Assembly (NCBI GenBank): GCA_910577405.1
Contig: CAJTMG010000021.1
Coordinates: 2,189 to 34,188, forward strand
DNA: 32,000 nucleotides
Direction: 5' to 3'
Source: an uncultured Oscillibacter sp.
Lineage (GTDB): Bacteria > Bacillota > Clostridia > Oscillospirales > Oscillospiraceae
Shown piece by piece: positions 9,794 through 18,344 of this stretch (positions are counted from its first letter, which is position 1; every line of letters begins with the position of its first letter). The notes under the pieces are model-generated. The model saw only the letters and a program-made list of their open reading frames with translations, was not told the DNA's origin and ran no database searches. The position numbers and the translations under genes are program-made.

Positions 9794-10441
9794 ATGGCTA
9801 TAGTTTATACATGTGACTCCTGCGGAAAGGTTATTAAAGACCCGTATTCTCAAGTGATGAAAGAATTTAACCTTGACAGCAGCTTTGATATGGGCAATGT
9901 ATTTGCAAAGAAAATAAAAAAAGAGATAGGGATTCATCTTTGCCATGATTGCTACAAAGCATTACATCTTATTTCCGAGGGAGCCAAAATGCCTGAACAG
10001 CCTTCAAGCAAGGTAATCAAAGTCAGATACCTGAGCGACGAAATTGAGAAGCTGGAGTACATTGGCGGCAAGTCCGACTGGATTGATCTTCGAGCCGCTG
10101 AGGATGTAATGATGACAAAAGGAGAGTTCACGCTGATTCCTCTGGGAGTAGCAATACAGCTCCCTTCTGGATACGAAGCACATATCATTCCCCGCAGCTC
10201 CACCTACAAGAATTTCGGAATCATTCAGGCCAATCACATGGGATTGATTGACGAAAGCTACTGCGGAGACGACGACCAGTGGTACTTCCCTGCCATAGCC
10301 ATGCGCGACACTATAATTCATATAAACGACCGGGTTTGTCAGTTCCGCATTGCCGAGCACCAGCCTGAACTGACATTTGAGATAGTTGACACGCTGGGTA
10401 ATGAAAACCGTGGCGGCTTAGGGTCTACAGGAGTGAGGTAA
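9794..10441 (+). CDS. dut: dUTPase (YncF/YosS-type) with an N-terminal ~65-aa Zn-ribbon extension
   Basis: The C-terminal 150 aa carry [10 protein letters not shown]...[22 protein letters not shown]...[12 protein letters not shown]...RVCQFRI...NRGGLGSTG. The N-terminus carries CDSCG...CHDC. An internal ATG at 9989 preceded by GAGGGA is an alternative start. Confidence 0.85.
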   Translation: MAIVYTCDSCGKVIKDPYSQVMKEFNLDSSFDMGNVFAKKIKKEIGIHLCHDCYKALHLISEGAKMPEQPSSKVIKVRYLSDEIEKLEYIGGKSDWIDLRAAEDVMMTKGEFTLIPLGVAIQLPSGYEAHIIPRSSTYKNFGIIQANHMGLIDESYCGDDDQWYFPAIAMRDTIIHINDRVCQFRIAEHQPELTFEIVDTLGNENRGGLGSTGVR

Positions 10442-10446
10442 CGAGA

Positions 10447-10797
10447 ATGCAAACCGATAGATATACAACTGTCTTTGAATATCTGCAAAATCTTCCCCAG
10501 CCACTTTTTGAAGCAACGCTTCTTGGCCTGATGGGATTCCCAATGAACGCTGACTGTGAGGAATGGTTTCATAAATGGATGCAGCGTCCCTACACTGACG
10601 TTTTTTCAGAAACTAATTCTCCACTTACAGACAGTGCGCTTACAATTCCCTTGGGCCGCATGTTCACGATGCTCGGAAAAAGGATTTCCGATCTCCCTAT
10701 AGATAAACAGGACAAGCTCAAAAATGCTATGAAAGACTACTGCGAGGTCTGTGACAGTATCAATCAGGACATCGCAACCCAAGAAAAAACAGGATAA
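10447..10797 (+). CDS. Hypothetical protein
   Basis: SD GAGGT upstream; co-oriented and tightly packed. Confidence 0.55.
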   Translation: MQTDRYTTVFEYLQNLPQPLFEATLLGLMGFPMNADCEEWFHKWMQRPYTDVFSETNSPLTDSALTIPLGRMFTMLGKRISDLPIDKQDKLKNAMKDYCEVCDSINQDIATQEKTG

Positions 10798-10816
10798 ATA
10801 ATTTAGAGGTAAAGAA

Positions 10817-11020
10817 ATGGACATAAAGTACCACAGATTTTTGATTGGAACAAAAGAACGCCCAACGGTGTTTCTTATGAAAAGCGGTGATGTCAGCGAG
10901 GATGCCGAGGACGCCCAATTATTTGAAACAATTGATGACGCAAATTCTGAAATTCAGAAATGCGACGAGCCTGAACATTTTAAGCTGTATGGTGTTGAAG
11001 TAATCGTTAAGGGCGTATAA
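10817..11020 (+). CDS. Hypothetical protein (67 aa)
   Basis: SD AGAGGT 6 nt upstream. Confidence 0.55.
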   Translation: MDIKYHRFLIGTKERPTVFLMKSGDVSEDAEDAQLFETIDDANSEIQKCDEPEHFKLYGVEVIVKGV

Positions 11021-11080
11021 AAATAATTTGACGAATGCTCCAACACCACAAAAGATGATTTTATCGAAAGGAATCGCAGC

Positions 11081-11491
11081 ATGACCGCAGAAAATACCTT
11101 GCAGTGGATGATGGACTTTTATCCTGATATATTTCCAACACGGCAACAGTGTCTGGACCATCTGTTTTGCACAATCGGAAATGGATACAAATGGATAAAT
11201 GGCGAATTGGTTTATGAAGATTTTCTCAGCAAACGATACTCAATGAGAGAAAAAATTGAACGGGCTGAGGCGTGGTATGAAGACTTATATAAACAACGGC
11301 GCAGAATTGAACTTGAGTTAGCAAAAAAAGATCCAAATTATACGCCTAACCCAAAGTATTTCAATTCTTGGTCTTCTCCATCCAAGAAATATTCATTTTT
11401 ATATAACTATCCGTCAGACATTAAGCCGGATTGGGCCAAAATCTTAAACGAATGCAAAGAGATGCTTATTGCAGACGGAATTGAGATTTGA
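11081..11491 (+). CDS. Hypothetical protein
   Basis: SD AAAGGA upstream; 136-aa ORF with ordinary composition. Confidence 0.6.
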   Translation: MTAENTLQWMMDFYPDIFPTRQQCLDHLFCTIGNGYKWINGELVYEDFLSKRYSMREKIERAEAWYEDLYKQRRRIELELAKKDPNYTPNPKYFNSWSSPSKKYSFLYNYPSDIKPDWAKILNECKEMLIADGIEI

Positions 11492-11534
11492 AACGGTATA
11501 TATCAGGACAAAACAATAATTTTATTCAGATTTA

Positions 11535-11954
11535 TCACAGAATATCTTCCTTGAAAATTGGGAAAATCGGGAATATGTCATTCCAGTCAAAGATAATCTC
11601 GTCTGCTGAATATTCCGCTCCTTGACAAAGCGTAAACTTCTTGGATGTTTTCTTCAGTTCTTTACAAAGGGATATCACCTCGTCACGCGTGAGATGGGAA
11701 AGCCAGTAATCGTGGACCACGCACTCCAAATCCAACTGAAGCTGTTCCGCAATTGCCTGTGCTTCCCTCTCCATATCATCTCCCTGCTCGATGTCTCCGT
11801 CAAAAATCAGCCCAAAACCCAAGTAGGATTTATTGTTGTCGAAGTCTTCCTGATATTTCTCTTCCAAAGCGCTGACGCCATCCGGGTCAATCTGCATTGC
11901 GGCCTCTGTGACACCCCTGCCAAACAATCTATCTCTTAAAGCACAAATATCCAT
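11535..11954 (-). CDS. Hypothetical acidic protein, the only minus-strand gene in the replication/metabolism block
   Basis: On the minus strand GGAGGTG is followed after 6 nt by ATG at 11954 (MDICALRD...). The TTG at 11975 in the track is therefore probably upstream of the true start. Confidence 0.6.
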   Translation of the reverse strand: MDICALRDRLFGRGVTEAAMQIDPDGVSALEEKYQEDFDNNKSYLGFGLIFDGDIEQGDDMEREAQAIAEQLQLDLECVVHDYWLSHLTRDEVISLCKELKKTSKKFTLCQGAEYSADEIIFDWNDIFPIFPIFKEDIL

Positions 11955-11993
11955 ATTACGCACCTCCAAGCTCAAATTATATTACCATCCTCT

Positions 11994-12024
11994 CCGATTT
12001 TCAACAGTATATTTAGAAAATCGG
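11994..12024. promoter_or_regulatory. Perfect 9-bp inverted repeat (CCGATTTTC N13 GAAAATCGG) in a divergent intergenic region
   Basis: Read directly: 11994..12002 is the reverse complement of 12016..12024. It lies between the divergent starts at 11954 (-) and 12068 (+). It could be an operator or an RNA hairpin. Confidence 0.4.
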
Positions 12025-12067
12025 TAAATCTTGAACATATGTTACTAAAAAAGATTGGAGAAAGTCA

Positions 12068-12655
12068 ATGTTATACTTAGCAATGAACCTTCCTGATATT
12101 ATCATGTTGGACTCAGGAAAGATGGCCTTGTTCCCTGTTCCGCTGACCAAAAAAGGAAACCCTTACAGGATTGGCGATGTTATAGGAATCAAGGAGCCAT
12201 TCAAAAAAATCAGATGTCACATTGACAGATATGAAAACGGCAAGACAATCGACGAAGACAATATTATTGGTGTAAGGTATCGGTTTGACAGTGCTATGGC
12301 CTGGGAGTGTGGAGTGACACCACCTAATAATGAGTTCTACTTATCCACTATCGCAGATGCAGAGCATTGGAGTGCTGCGAGAACCATGCCTGAATTTGCT
12401 GTGCGCCGTCACATTCATATTGTAAAGGCAGAAGAAAAGTCTCTCGAGGAATTTACTGACGAAGATATCTGTCAGATGCACTTGAATTATAACCCTACTG
12501 ATAATCAACAAACCATCATCAAGGAATATCTGCCAGCAAAAAACCACGAGCTTTTTCTGGACTGGTGGAGAAATCACTATAAAGCCACTATGAAAGAATG
12601 CGATACCCCTATGGCGATAGCCCTTTACATAAAACCAGCAGAAACATTGAGGTGA
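12068..12655 (+). CDS. Hypothetical protein, possibly an ASCH/PUA-like phage protein
   Basis: GDVIGIKEPF and HWSAARTMPEFAVRRHIHIVKAEEKSLEEFTDEDI resemble the W-s-a-r-x-MP...R...v...l.eitdeD pattern of phage ASCH-like proteins. This is from memory only. Confidence 0.45.
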   Translation: MLYLAMNLPDIIMLDSGKMALFPVPLTKKGNPYRIGDVIGIKEPFKKIRCHIDRYENGKTIDEDNIIGVRYRFDSAMAWECGVTPPNNEFYLSTIADAEHWSAARTMPEFAVRRHIHIVKAEEKSLEEFTDEDICQMHLNYNPTDNQQTIIKEYLPAKNHELFLDWWRNHYKATMKECDTPMAIALYIKPAETLR

Positions 12656-12657
12656 CT

Positions 12658-12876
12658 ATGAGAGAGTACGGATGCAGAATTCTTTTGGAGCACAAACAAG
12701 CTCAACGCTTTTTGGAGGAAGCAATGCACCCAGATATAGAGGTACTGCGGAGAAGAGACACTTTTCTTGCAAGACTTGATGATGAGTGTCCGATATGGAT
12801 AGAGGGTTCAGAAATTGTAATGGAAATTCCCGATGTGGATGTAACTGCTTTAATGGACTTTGAGGGTACTTTATAA
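12658..12876 (+). CDS. Hypothetical protein (72 aa)
   Basis: SD GAGGTGA just upstream of ATG 12658. The upstream part of the tracked ORF (from 12598) overlaps the previous gene. Confidence 0.5.
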   Translation: MREYGCRILLEHKQAQRFLEEAMHPDIEVLRRRDTFLARLDDECPIWIEGSEIVMEIPDVDVTALMDFEGTL

Positions 12877-13250
12877 TGCGTATTATTATTGCTGGCGGAA
12901 GGGATTTCAACAACTACTCCGAACTGGCTAAAACAATGGATTACCTGCTATCAAATATCACAGACGATATCACAATCGTATGTGGGAAAGCCCGTGGAGC
13001 AGACACGCTTGGAGAGCAATACGTCAAAGAAAAAGGATATGCAATTCTCTACTTCCCTGCTGATTGGAACAAATACGGACGTTCTGCTGGTTTTATCCGT
13101 AATGAACAAATGGCTAAAAACGCTGATGCTCTGGCAGCATTTTGGGATGGCCAGAGCGTTGGAACCAGACACATGATAGAGACGGCCAAGAAAAATAATC
13201 TGCTTGTCCGGATACATCGCTACAAAGCCAAACAAAACAAAGGTGAATGA
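12876..13250 (+). CDS. SLOG-superfamily protein (DUF2493/YspA-like)
   Basis: MRIIIAGGRDF...IVCGKARGADTLGEQY...AFWDGQSVGTRHMI is the characteristic DUF2493 pattern. Confidence 0.75.
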   Translation: MRIIIAGGRDFNNYSELAKTMDYLLSNITDDITIVCGKARGADTLGEQYVKEKGYAILYFPADWNKYGRSAGFIRNEQMAKNADALAAFWDGQSVGTRHMIETAKKNNLLVRIHRYKAKQNKGE

Positions 13251-13259
13251 GATATTGAG

Positions 13260-13664
13260 GTGATGCAGTTGAGTAAAATCGATACATATATTGCTATGCG
13301 AGAATCTGGCATGACATATGAAAGCATTGCACAACAATTTGGAGTCAGCCGCCAAGCAGTATTTGATGCCATCAAGAAAAAATCAAAGCCATACAAAATA
13401 AGTCCTTCTTCTGTAATTTACAGTGGCCTCCGGACCTGGATGAGCAAAAACCGTGTATCCGTATCTAAAATGGAAAGAGAAACTGGTTTACGACTCAGAT
13501 GTGGCTTAAAGGCAGGAACTTTAGACAACGACACCAAGAAAAAGATTGCAGAATATACAAAGTCAAATTATGAAGAACTTTTTTATGATGCAATAAAGGG
13601 CCCAATTGGTGTTTTTAATATCAGTGAAAATAATGTGGACATTATGGAGAGGTGTATAAAATGA
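13260..13664 (+). CDS. Putative HTH DNA-binding protein
   Basis: MRESGMTYESIAQQFGVSRQAVFDAIKK looks like a sigma-r4/resolvase-type HTH. The start is ambiguous (GTG 13260, ATG 13263 or TTG 13269). Confidence 0.5.
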   Translation: MMQLSKIDTYIAMRESGMTYESIAQQFGVSRQAVFDAIKKKSKPYKISPSSVIYSGLRTWMSKNRVSVSKMERETGLRLRCGLKAGTLDNDTKKKIAEYTKSNYEELFYDAIKGPIGVFNISENNVDIMERCIK

Positions 13665-13879
13665 CAATGCAAAACGCACAAGCGGAATACTTTGCGTTTA
13701 TGGGAGACTCTTGCGAATCTGGGCCAGTGCCAAAGCTCAACGAAATTGAGCATAGTATCGAAGAATGTAAGGCAATGCTTGCTCATGCTATCTATCTGAC
13801 TGACAAAAACGAAATCAGCTTTTGGAGACGAATGCTCCAAACATCCAAAGTGCAAAGAAGGGAGCATTTAGCAACCTAA
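13661..13879 (+). CDS. Hypothetical protein (72 aa)
   Basis: SD GGAGAGGTG 6 nt upstream of ATG 13661. Confidence 0.5.
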   Translation: MTMQNAQAEYFAFMGDSCESGPVPKLNEIEHSIEECKAMLAHAIYLTDKNEISFWRRMLQTSKVQRREHLAT

Positions 13880-13990
13880 CTGTTTTGTGATGGCGAGTGG
13901 CGAACAAGTTACACTGAAGCCTTTGCGGATTGTAGGTCAATCTAATGGTAGTCAAGAGGTGTCGGGTATGTTGCTCAATACATACTCTTC

Positions 13991-14728
13991 ATGCACTATT
14001 CAGTCGGTTGGTCTGGCGGAAAAGATAGCACAGCAAGCATTATACTAGCTCATATACACAATGAACCCGTTGATAGTATTGTGTTTGTAGAAGTGATGTT
14101 TGATATAGCAAATGGAATCAGTGGGGAGAACCCACAACATATTGACTTCATAAAGAATAAAGCAATACCATTATTTGAATCATGGGGATATAAAGTTGAT
14201 GTCGTTCATTCTGACCGTGATTTTCTATCCGTATTCAACAGAGTGATTGAAAGACCTACAAAGCATCTTGAACACAAAGGTCTGAAATACGGGTTCCCTC
14301 CAAATGGTCTTTGCTCAATAAAGCGAGACTGTAAAATGAGAGCGATCAAGTCATATTATAAGAACATTGCAGAAGAGTACATTCAGTATGTTGGAATTGC
14401 GGTTGACGAGCCGAAGCGTCTTGCAAGACTCCATAAAACAAAAAACATTTCTCTACTTGAAAAATATGGCCTGACAGAATCTAATGCAATGCAATTATGT
14501 AAAGAATGCGATTTATTAAGTCCAACTTATAAATTATCCAAAAGAGGTGGATGCTGGTTCTGCCCTAATGCAAAGTTGACAGAACACAGAGACATACGAA
14601 ATCGATATCCAGAAGTATGGAAGCAGTACATCAATCTTGAGTGTGAAAAGGTTGCGTTTGATAAATGGAATACGTTTTCAGATAAGACTCTTCACGATAT
14701 AGAGCAAATATTATCAAAAGAAGAATAA
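13991..14728 (+). CDS. PAPS-reductase-family PP-loop protein (IbrA/DndC-like class)
   Basis: PP-loop WSGGKDSTA near the N-terminus and a C-terminal GGCWFCPN Cys pair. No SD lies directly upstream (see the rejected note on the out-of-frame ATG at 13968). Confidence 0.75.
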   Translation: MHYSVGWSGGKDSTASIILAHIHNEPVDSIVFVEVMFDIANGISGENPQHIDFIKNKAIPLFESWGYKVDVVHSDRDFLSVFNRVIERPTKHLEHKGLKYGFPPNGLCSIKRDCKMRAIKSYYKNIAEEYIQYVGIAVDEPKRLARLHKTKNISLLEKYGLTESNAMQLCKECDLLSPTYKLSKRGGCWFCPNAKLTEHRDIRNRYPEVWKQYINLECEKVAFDKWNTFSDKTLHDIEQILSKEE

Positions 14729-14740
14729 AAGGAAGGTTTT

Positions 14741-15115
14741 ATGAAGATTATTGATTTTCTTAAATTGGTAAGAAGTATTCCTTCGCAAAATAGGGCTCCA
14801 GCTATTAGAGATGAGGACTTGGAGACTTTGATTAACCAAATCGACATGGCAAAGGATGATGACCGATATAGCCCATATCCAATTCTTGGGACCAGACCGC
14901 AGCAATACATTCCTCTCGGGCTACTTACGATACACGAGGGACAGGCGTGGAAGAATCATATGCAATCTCTTAGTCAACTGGCAGAAAGAGGTGGGCTGAG
15001 TTGGGCCGAGGCGCTTGCTATTATAGAAGGCAAGAAATGGAAAGACGCAGAACACGATGAAAATACTGCTGAGGTAATTATCAGAAAAATGGTGTCTGAG
15101 TACATGAAAGGCTGA
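14741..15115 (+). CDS. Hypothetical protein
   Basis: SD AAGGAAGG upstream; 124 aa. It contains NHMQSLSQLAERGGLSWAEAL, which I recall as a recurrent phage motif of unknown function. Confidence 0.6.
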   Translation: MKIIDFLKLVRSIPSQNRAPAIRDEDLETLINQIDMAKDDDRYSPYPILGTRPQQYIPLGLLTIHEGQAWKNHMQSLSQLAERGGLSWAEALAIIEGKKWKDAEHDENTAEVIIRKMVSEYMKG

Positions 15116-15122
15116 TTATTGC

Positions 15123-15410
15123 ATGAATCTGAAATTAAAACCATGTCCATTCTGCGGTGGAGCCGGTAGAGTAAGAGCATTCAAAAATGGATACAGGATT
15201 GTTTGTAAAAACTGCGGTTCCACCTCACGTTACTTATTTATTCAGCCGTGGCATGACAGCAAATCAGTTGCTCAGTGTCAAGCTGCAAAAGCATGGAATT
15301 CCCGTATAAAGCAATTTTCCAGTCCTTGTGATTTATGTATGTATAATCCCCCGTCAAGTACAGATGGAAAACCGTGCAGTATGTGTCCCGCAGGCGCAAT
15401 TCACAAATAA
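15123..15410 (+). CDS. Lar-family (restriction alleviation)-like Zn-ribbon protein with an extra C-terminal Cys motif
   Basis: LKPCPFCGG...RIVCKNCG...AAKAWNSR fits the Lar-family pattern. The C-terminus PCDLCMYNPPSSTDGKPCSMCPA recurs in the protein at 20167..20457. Confidence 0.6.
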   Translation: MNLKLKPCPFCGGAGRVRAFKNGYRIVCKNCGSTSRYLFIQPWHDSKSVAQCQAAKAWNSRIKQFSSPCDLCMYNPPSSTDGKPCSMCPAGAIHK

Positions 15411-15423
15411 AAGAAAGGTTAAA

Positions 15424-15603
15424 ATGGTGACAAAAATGGCAGAGTTTTGCAGGAAATGTTTCATCAGTCGTTTAATGCCCAGCAAATATGATATAGACCA
15501 TATTGTAATGAGCGAGGACGAGGACTTTTGCGAAGGATGTATGAAGTGGGGAAAATATGTAGACCACATTGATTGCTCCGAACGCAAAGAAAATAAAGAA
15601 TAA
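15424..15603 (+). CDS. Small Cys-rich protein, paralogue of 19118..19450
   Basis: MAEFCRKCF...YD..HIVMSEDEDFCEGCM...YVDHID aligns with MAELCLKCF...YD..HIVMSKDNEFCEGCM...YVDHID. The start is ATG 15424 (SD AGAAAGG) or ATG 15436. Confidence 0.6.
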   Translation: MVTKMAEFCRKCFISRLMPSKYDIDHIVMSEDEDFCEGCMKWGKYVDHIDCSERKENKE

Positions 15604-15619
15604 AAAAAGGAAGATTGTT

Positions 15620-16123
15620 ATGTATCAGGAACGACGTAGCGTATTTGAAACAAACTCAAGCAGCACACACAGTATTTGCATCACGAAAGACACGAGAGCA
15701 GATCATTCATATCCGAAAAAGTTGGTTTTCCGTTTGGGGGAATTCGGATGGGAGCATGAAGAACTTTTCACGCCGGAAGAGAAGGCTGCATACCTGTATA
15801 CGAGCATCTTATCTCTTCAAACCAAAGAAGAAGCAGAGCGTTCTAAAAACAAAATTTTCGCTGTGCTTGGAGAGGTCGGAATCGACTGCGAATTTGAGCA
15901 AGCGGAGTATTGGGGAGATGGCTGGCTCAGTAATGGCTATGTAGATCATGCTGGCGATGGTGACCATTATGATTTTGTCAATAAAACACTGAATAACCGA
16001 AACAGGCTGTTACGATACCTGTTCAGTGAGCAGAGCTTTGTTCTGACCGGAAATGATAATGACGATTATGGTGTCGGTATTGATGTAGATTACCCGCATG
16101 AGGAATACTACAAGGGAAACTAA
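15620..16123 (+). CDS. Uncharacterised 'FETNSSSTHS' protein 1 (167 aa)
   Basis: SD AAGGAAG upstream of ATG 15620. The N-terminus RRSVFETNSSSTHSI is shared with the next gene. Later motifs are YVDHAGDGDH and VLTGNDND. Confidence 0.7.
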   Translation: MYQERRSVFETNSSSTHSICITKDTRADHSYPKKLVFRLGEFGWEHEELFTPEEKAAYLYTSILSLQTKEEAERSKNKIFAVLGEVGIDCEFEQAEYWGDGWLSNGYVDHAGDGDHYDFVNKTLNNRNRLLRYLFSEQSFVLTGNDNDDYGVGIDVDYPHEEYYKGN

Positions 16124-16143
16124 ATTTCAGGAGGAAAAATCAA

Positions 16144-16422
16144 ATGAAGCAAATCAGAAGAGGTGTCTTTGAGACCAACAGCAGCTCCACTCACAGCATT
16201 ACAATCTGCACGCTGGAAGATTACGAAAAGTTTAAGAGAGGCGAACTTCTCTATGACAGATGGGAGGAAAAACTTGTTCCGGCAGACGCAGAGCATGTTT
16301 CCAGCGGCGACTGTGAGACATACAAGGAATTTGGCAGATATCATGAAACCTATGCTGAAGGATTTAGAACACCAAGTGGTGACGAGATTGTTGCCTTCGG
16401 GTACTATGGCTACGACGGATAA
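16144..16422 (+). CDS. Uncharacterised 'FETNSSSTHS' protein 2 (92 aa)
   Basis: SD AGGAGG 8 nt upstream. The N-terminus RRGVFETNSSSTHSI is identical in motif to protein 1 but uses different codons. Confidence 0.7.
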   Translation: MKQIRRGVFETNSSSTHSITICTLEDYEKFKRGELLYDRWEEKLVPADAEHVSSGDCETYKEFGRYHETYAEGFRTPSGDEIVAFGYYGYDG

Positions 16423-16438
16423 ACGAGGTGGTAGTGAA

Positions 16439-17368
16439 ATGAATCTTCTTGGTACATATCAGAACGGGAACTACACCGTAAAAATTTATAGTGACGGCAC
16501 CAAAATCCGTAAAAACGACCTGGATTTTTTCAAGCCGGAGTTCCCGGAGTCCATGGATATCAAGATTACCAATCAATGCGACAAGTTGTGCAAGTTCTGC
16601 CATGAAGCGTCGGTTCCTGATGGACGGCATGGGGACGTTATGAACCTTCCGTTTCTGGAGACGCTGCATCCATACACAGAACTGGCCATCGGAGGCGGCA
16701 ATCCTTTGTCGCACCCCGACCTGATTCCATTCCTTGAAGGGCTGAAGGAACGCAAGCTGATTCCAAGTATGACGGCCAATCAAACGCATTTCCTGGAGAA
16801 TATTCCTCTGTTATCGATGCTTTCTGAACGCGAACTTCTTTATGGCCTTGGAGTTTCCTTTATTTCAGGCACACCCCAGGATGAATTGAACAGAATGATT
16901 GGCGCACTGGAGAAATTTCCGAACGCAGTAATCCACGTCATTAACGGCATTGTGTCCGTAGAGGAACTGCGTGCGCTCGCTTTCCATGATTTCAAGGTAT
17001 TGATTCTTGGGTACAAGAAATTCCGGCGCGGAGCACATAACTGGGCAGAAGACGAAGAAGAGATTGTATCAAGGCAGCGCAATCTGTACGACGAGCTTCC
17101 CGCCATCATCCAGTCTGGGTGGTTCCATACGGTCAGCTTTGATAACCTGGCCGTCAATCAGTTAGGTGTCCGGCGACTGATGGATAGTGCATCATGGGAA
17201 CGTTTCTATATGGGAGACGACGGCAACTACACGATGTATGTGGACGCTGTAAACCGCGAATATGCAGTCTGCTCGGTATCACAGGTACGGTATCCTCTGA
17301 CGGATAACATCAAGGAAATGTTTGATACGGTTCTAAAAGAGCCAGAAAGGTACAGGGCAGATAAGTAA
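16439..17368 (+). CDS. Radical SAM enzyme of unknown specificity (309 aa)
   Basis: SD GAGGTGG 7 nt upstream of ATG 16439. CX3CX2C in NQCDKLCKFCH. AIGGGNPLSHPDL resembles the SGGDPLSTPDL of the NrdG in this window. Confidence 0.8.
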   Translation: MNLLGTYQNGNYTVKIYSDGTKIRKNDLDFFKPEFPESMDIKITNQCDKLCKFCHEASVPDGRHGDVMNLPFLETLHPYTELAIGGGNPLSHPDLIPFLEGLKERKLIPSMTANQTHFLENIPLLSMLSERELLYGLGVSFISGTPQDELNRMIGALEKFPNAVIHVINGIVSVEELRALAFHDFKVLILGYKKFRRGAHNWAEDEEEIVSRQRNLYDELPAIIQSGWFHTVSFDNLAVNQLGVRRLMDSASWERFYMGDDGNYTMYVDAVNREYAVCSVSQVRYPLTDNIKEMFDTVLKEPERYRADK

Positions 17369-17389
17369 TTCGCTTCAAGAGGAGATAAG

Positions 17390-17761
17390 ATGTCAAAATT
17401 GTTTGTGCTTACATTGATGGTATTCTGCCACATTGTAGACGACTATTATCTGCAAGGAGTTCTTGCATCAATGAAGCAGAAGAACTGGTGGACGCAAAAT
17501 ACTCCGGGAAAATTATACCGGTATGACTATATCGTAGCCCTGGTTATGCACGGGTTTAGCTGGACTTTTATGGTTATGCTTCCCATAGCGGCCTTATACA
17601 GTCTAAATTCACCGTATCTGTTTTATTGGTGTTTTACTCTGAATGTTGCGATACACGCTTTTACTGACAATGTGAAAGCCAATTTGCGAACAATCAATCT
17701 TATTATGGACCAATCGGTACATATTGAGCAAATCATCCTTACATTTTTACTTCTGACTTAA
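17390..17761 (+). CDS. Polytopic membrane protein (DUF3307-like by memory)
   Basis: SD GAGGAG upstream. Three to four hydrophobic helices; HIVDDYYLQG near the N-terminus and HAFTDN near the C-terminus. Confidence 0.6.
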   Translation: MSKLFVLTLMVFCHIVDDYYLQGVLASMKQKNWWTQNTPGKLYRYDYIVALVMHGFSWTFMVMLPIAALYSLNSPYLFYWCFTLNVAIHAFTDNVKANLRTINLIMDQSVHIEQIILTFLLLT

Positions 17762-17780
17762 AAGGTTTGGTGGTGATGTA

Positions 17781-18023
17781 ATGGCAGAATATCATGTAGG
17801 CTGTGGCGCATTTGCAATCTATACGGGCACATTAAACAGCAGAAACAAAAATCTGTGGCAGAACAAAACTGAATGCACAGACGAAGCACTTTGCGCTGTA
17901 AGGGACTATATGGTGCAGGAGCTTCTTGGCGGTATTGACTGCCGTAAAGCCACCTCAAGCGGCTACGAATGGACGCTGAAAGACGGACGCACAGTGGAGC
18001 TTAGAGTCACAATAAAAGATTGA
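17781..18023 (+). CDS. Hypothetical protein (80 aa)
   Basis: SD GGTGGTGA upstream. It starts with ATGGCAGAAT like 19118. Confidence 0.6.
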   Translation: MAEYHVGCGAFAIYTGTLNSRNKNLWQNKTECTDEALCAVRDYMVQELLGGIDCRKATSSGYEWTLKDGRTVELRVTIKD

Positions 18024-18024
18024 C

Positions 18025-18054
18025 TTGATTGTAAACTATTTATTTGGCTATGAT
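18025..18054 (+). promoter_or_regulatory. Candidate sigma-A type promoter
   Basis: TTGATT (18025..18030), an 18-nt spacer, then TATGAT (18049..18054), in the 69-nt gap before the gene at 18093. Confidence 0.3.
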
Positions 18055-18092
18055 ATTGAATTTCCAAAATCCATAATGGAGGTATATCAATA

Positions 18093-18344
18093 ATGGAGTA
18101 TGAAATTGTGAATGTATACGATAGGTTCTATGATGACCAATCAAAACAGAAAAATGCAAAATTGCTTGGGAGATTTCAGTTAATAGAGCAGGTCAAGGAA
18201 AACGAGGAATGGAGCGAACTCTTCATTGGGCGTAATATAGACACTGGGGAACTCTGTCTTATCGAAGGATACGAAGTGCGGTATATCGACAGTGGAACCG
18301 CTTATATTGTCTACCCTCTCAAAAACATCTGTGTGAAGGAATGA
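18093..18344 (+). CDS. Hypothetical protein (83 aa)
   Basis: SD GGAGGT 9 nt upstream. Confidence 0.55.
   Translation: MEYEIVNVYDRFYDDQSKQKNAKLLGRFQLIEQVKENEEWSELFIGRNIDTGELCLIEGYEVRYIDSGTAYIVYPLKNICVKE

Noticed and set aside
13968-14048. Good SD (AAGAGGTG) plus ATG 13968 that is out of frame with the PAPS-reductase-like gene; possible frameshift or pseudogene
   Set aside because: The PP-loop protein starting at 13991 (MHYSVGWSGGKDS) looks N-terminally complete. The 26-codon upstream ORF may be a coupling leader or chance. I cannot distinguish these by eye, so it is not reported as a pseudogene.
16163-16438. 5' extension making the radical SAM ORF 401 aa
   Set aside because: The extension overlaps the second FETNSSSTHS gene in another frame. 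A strong SD plus ATG at 16439 gives a normal radical SAM N-terminus.
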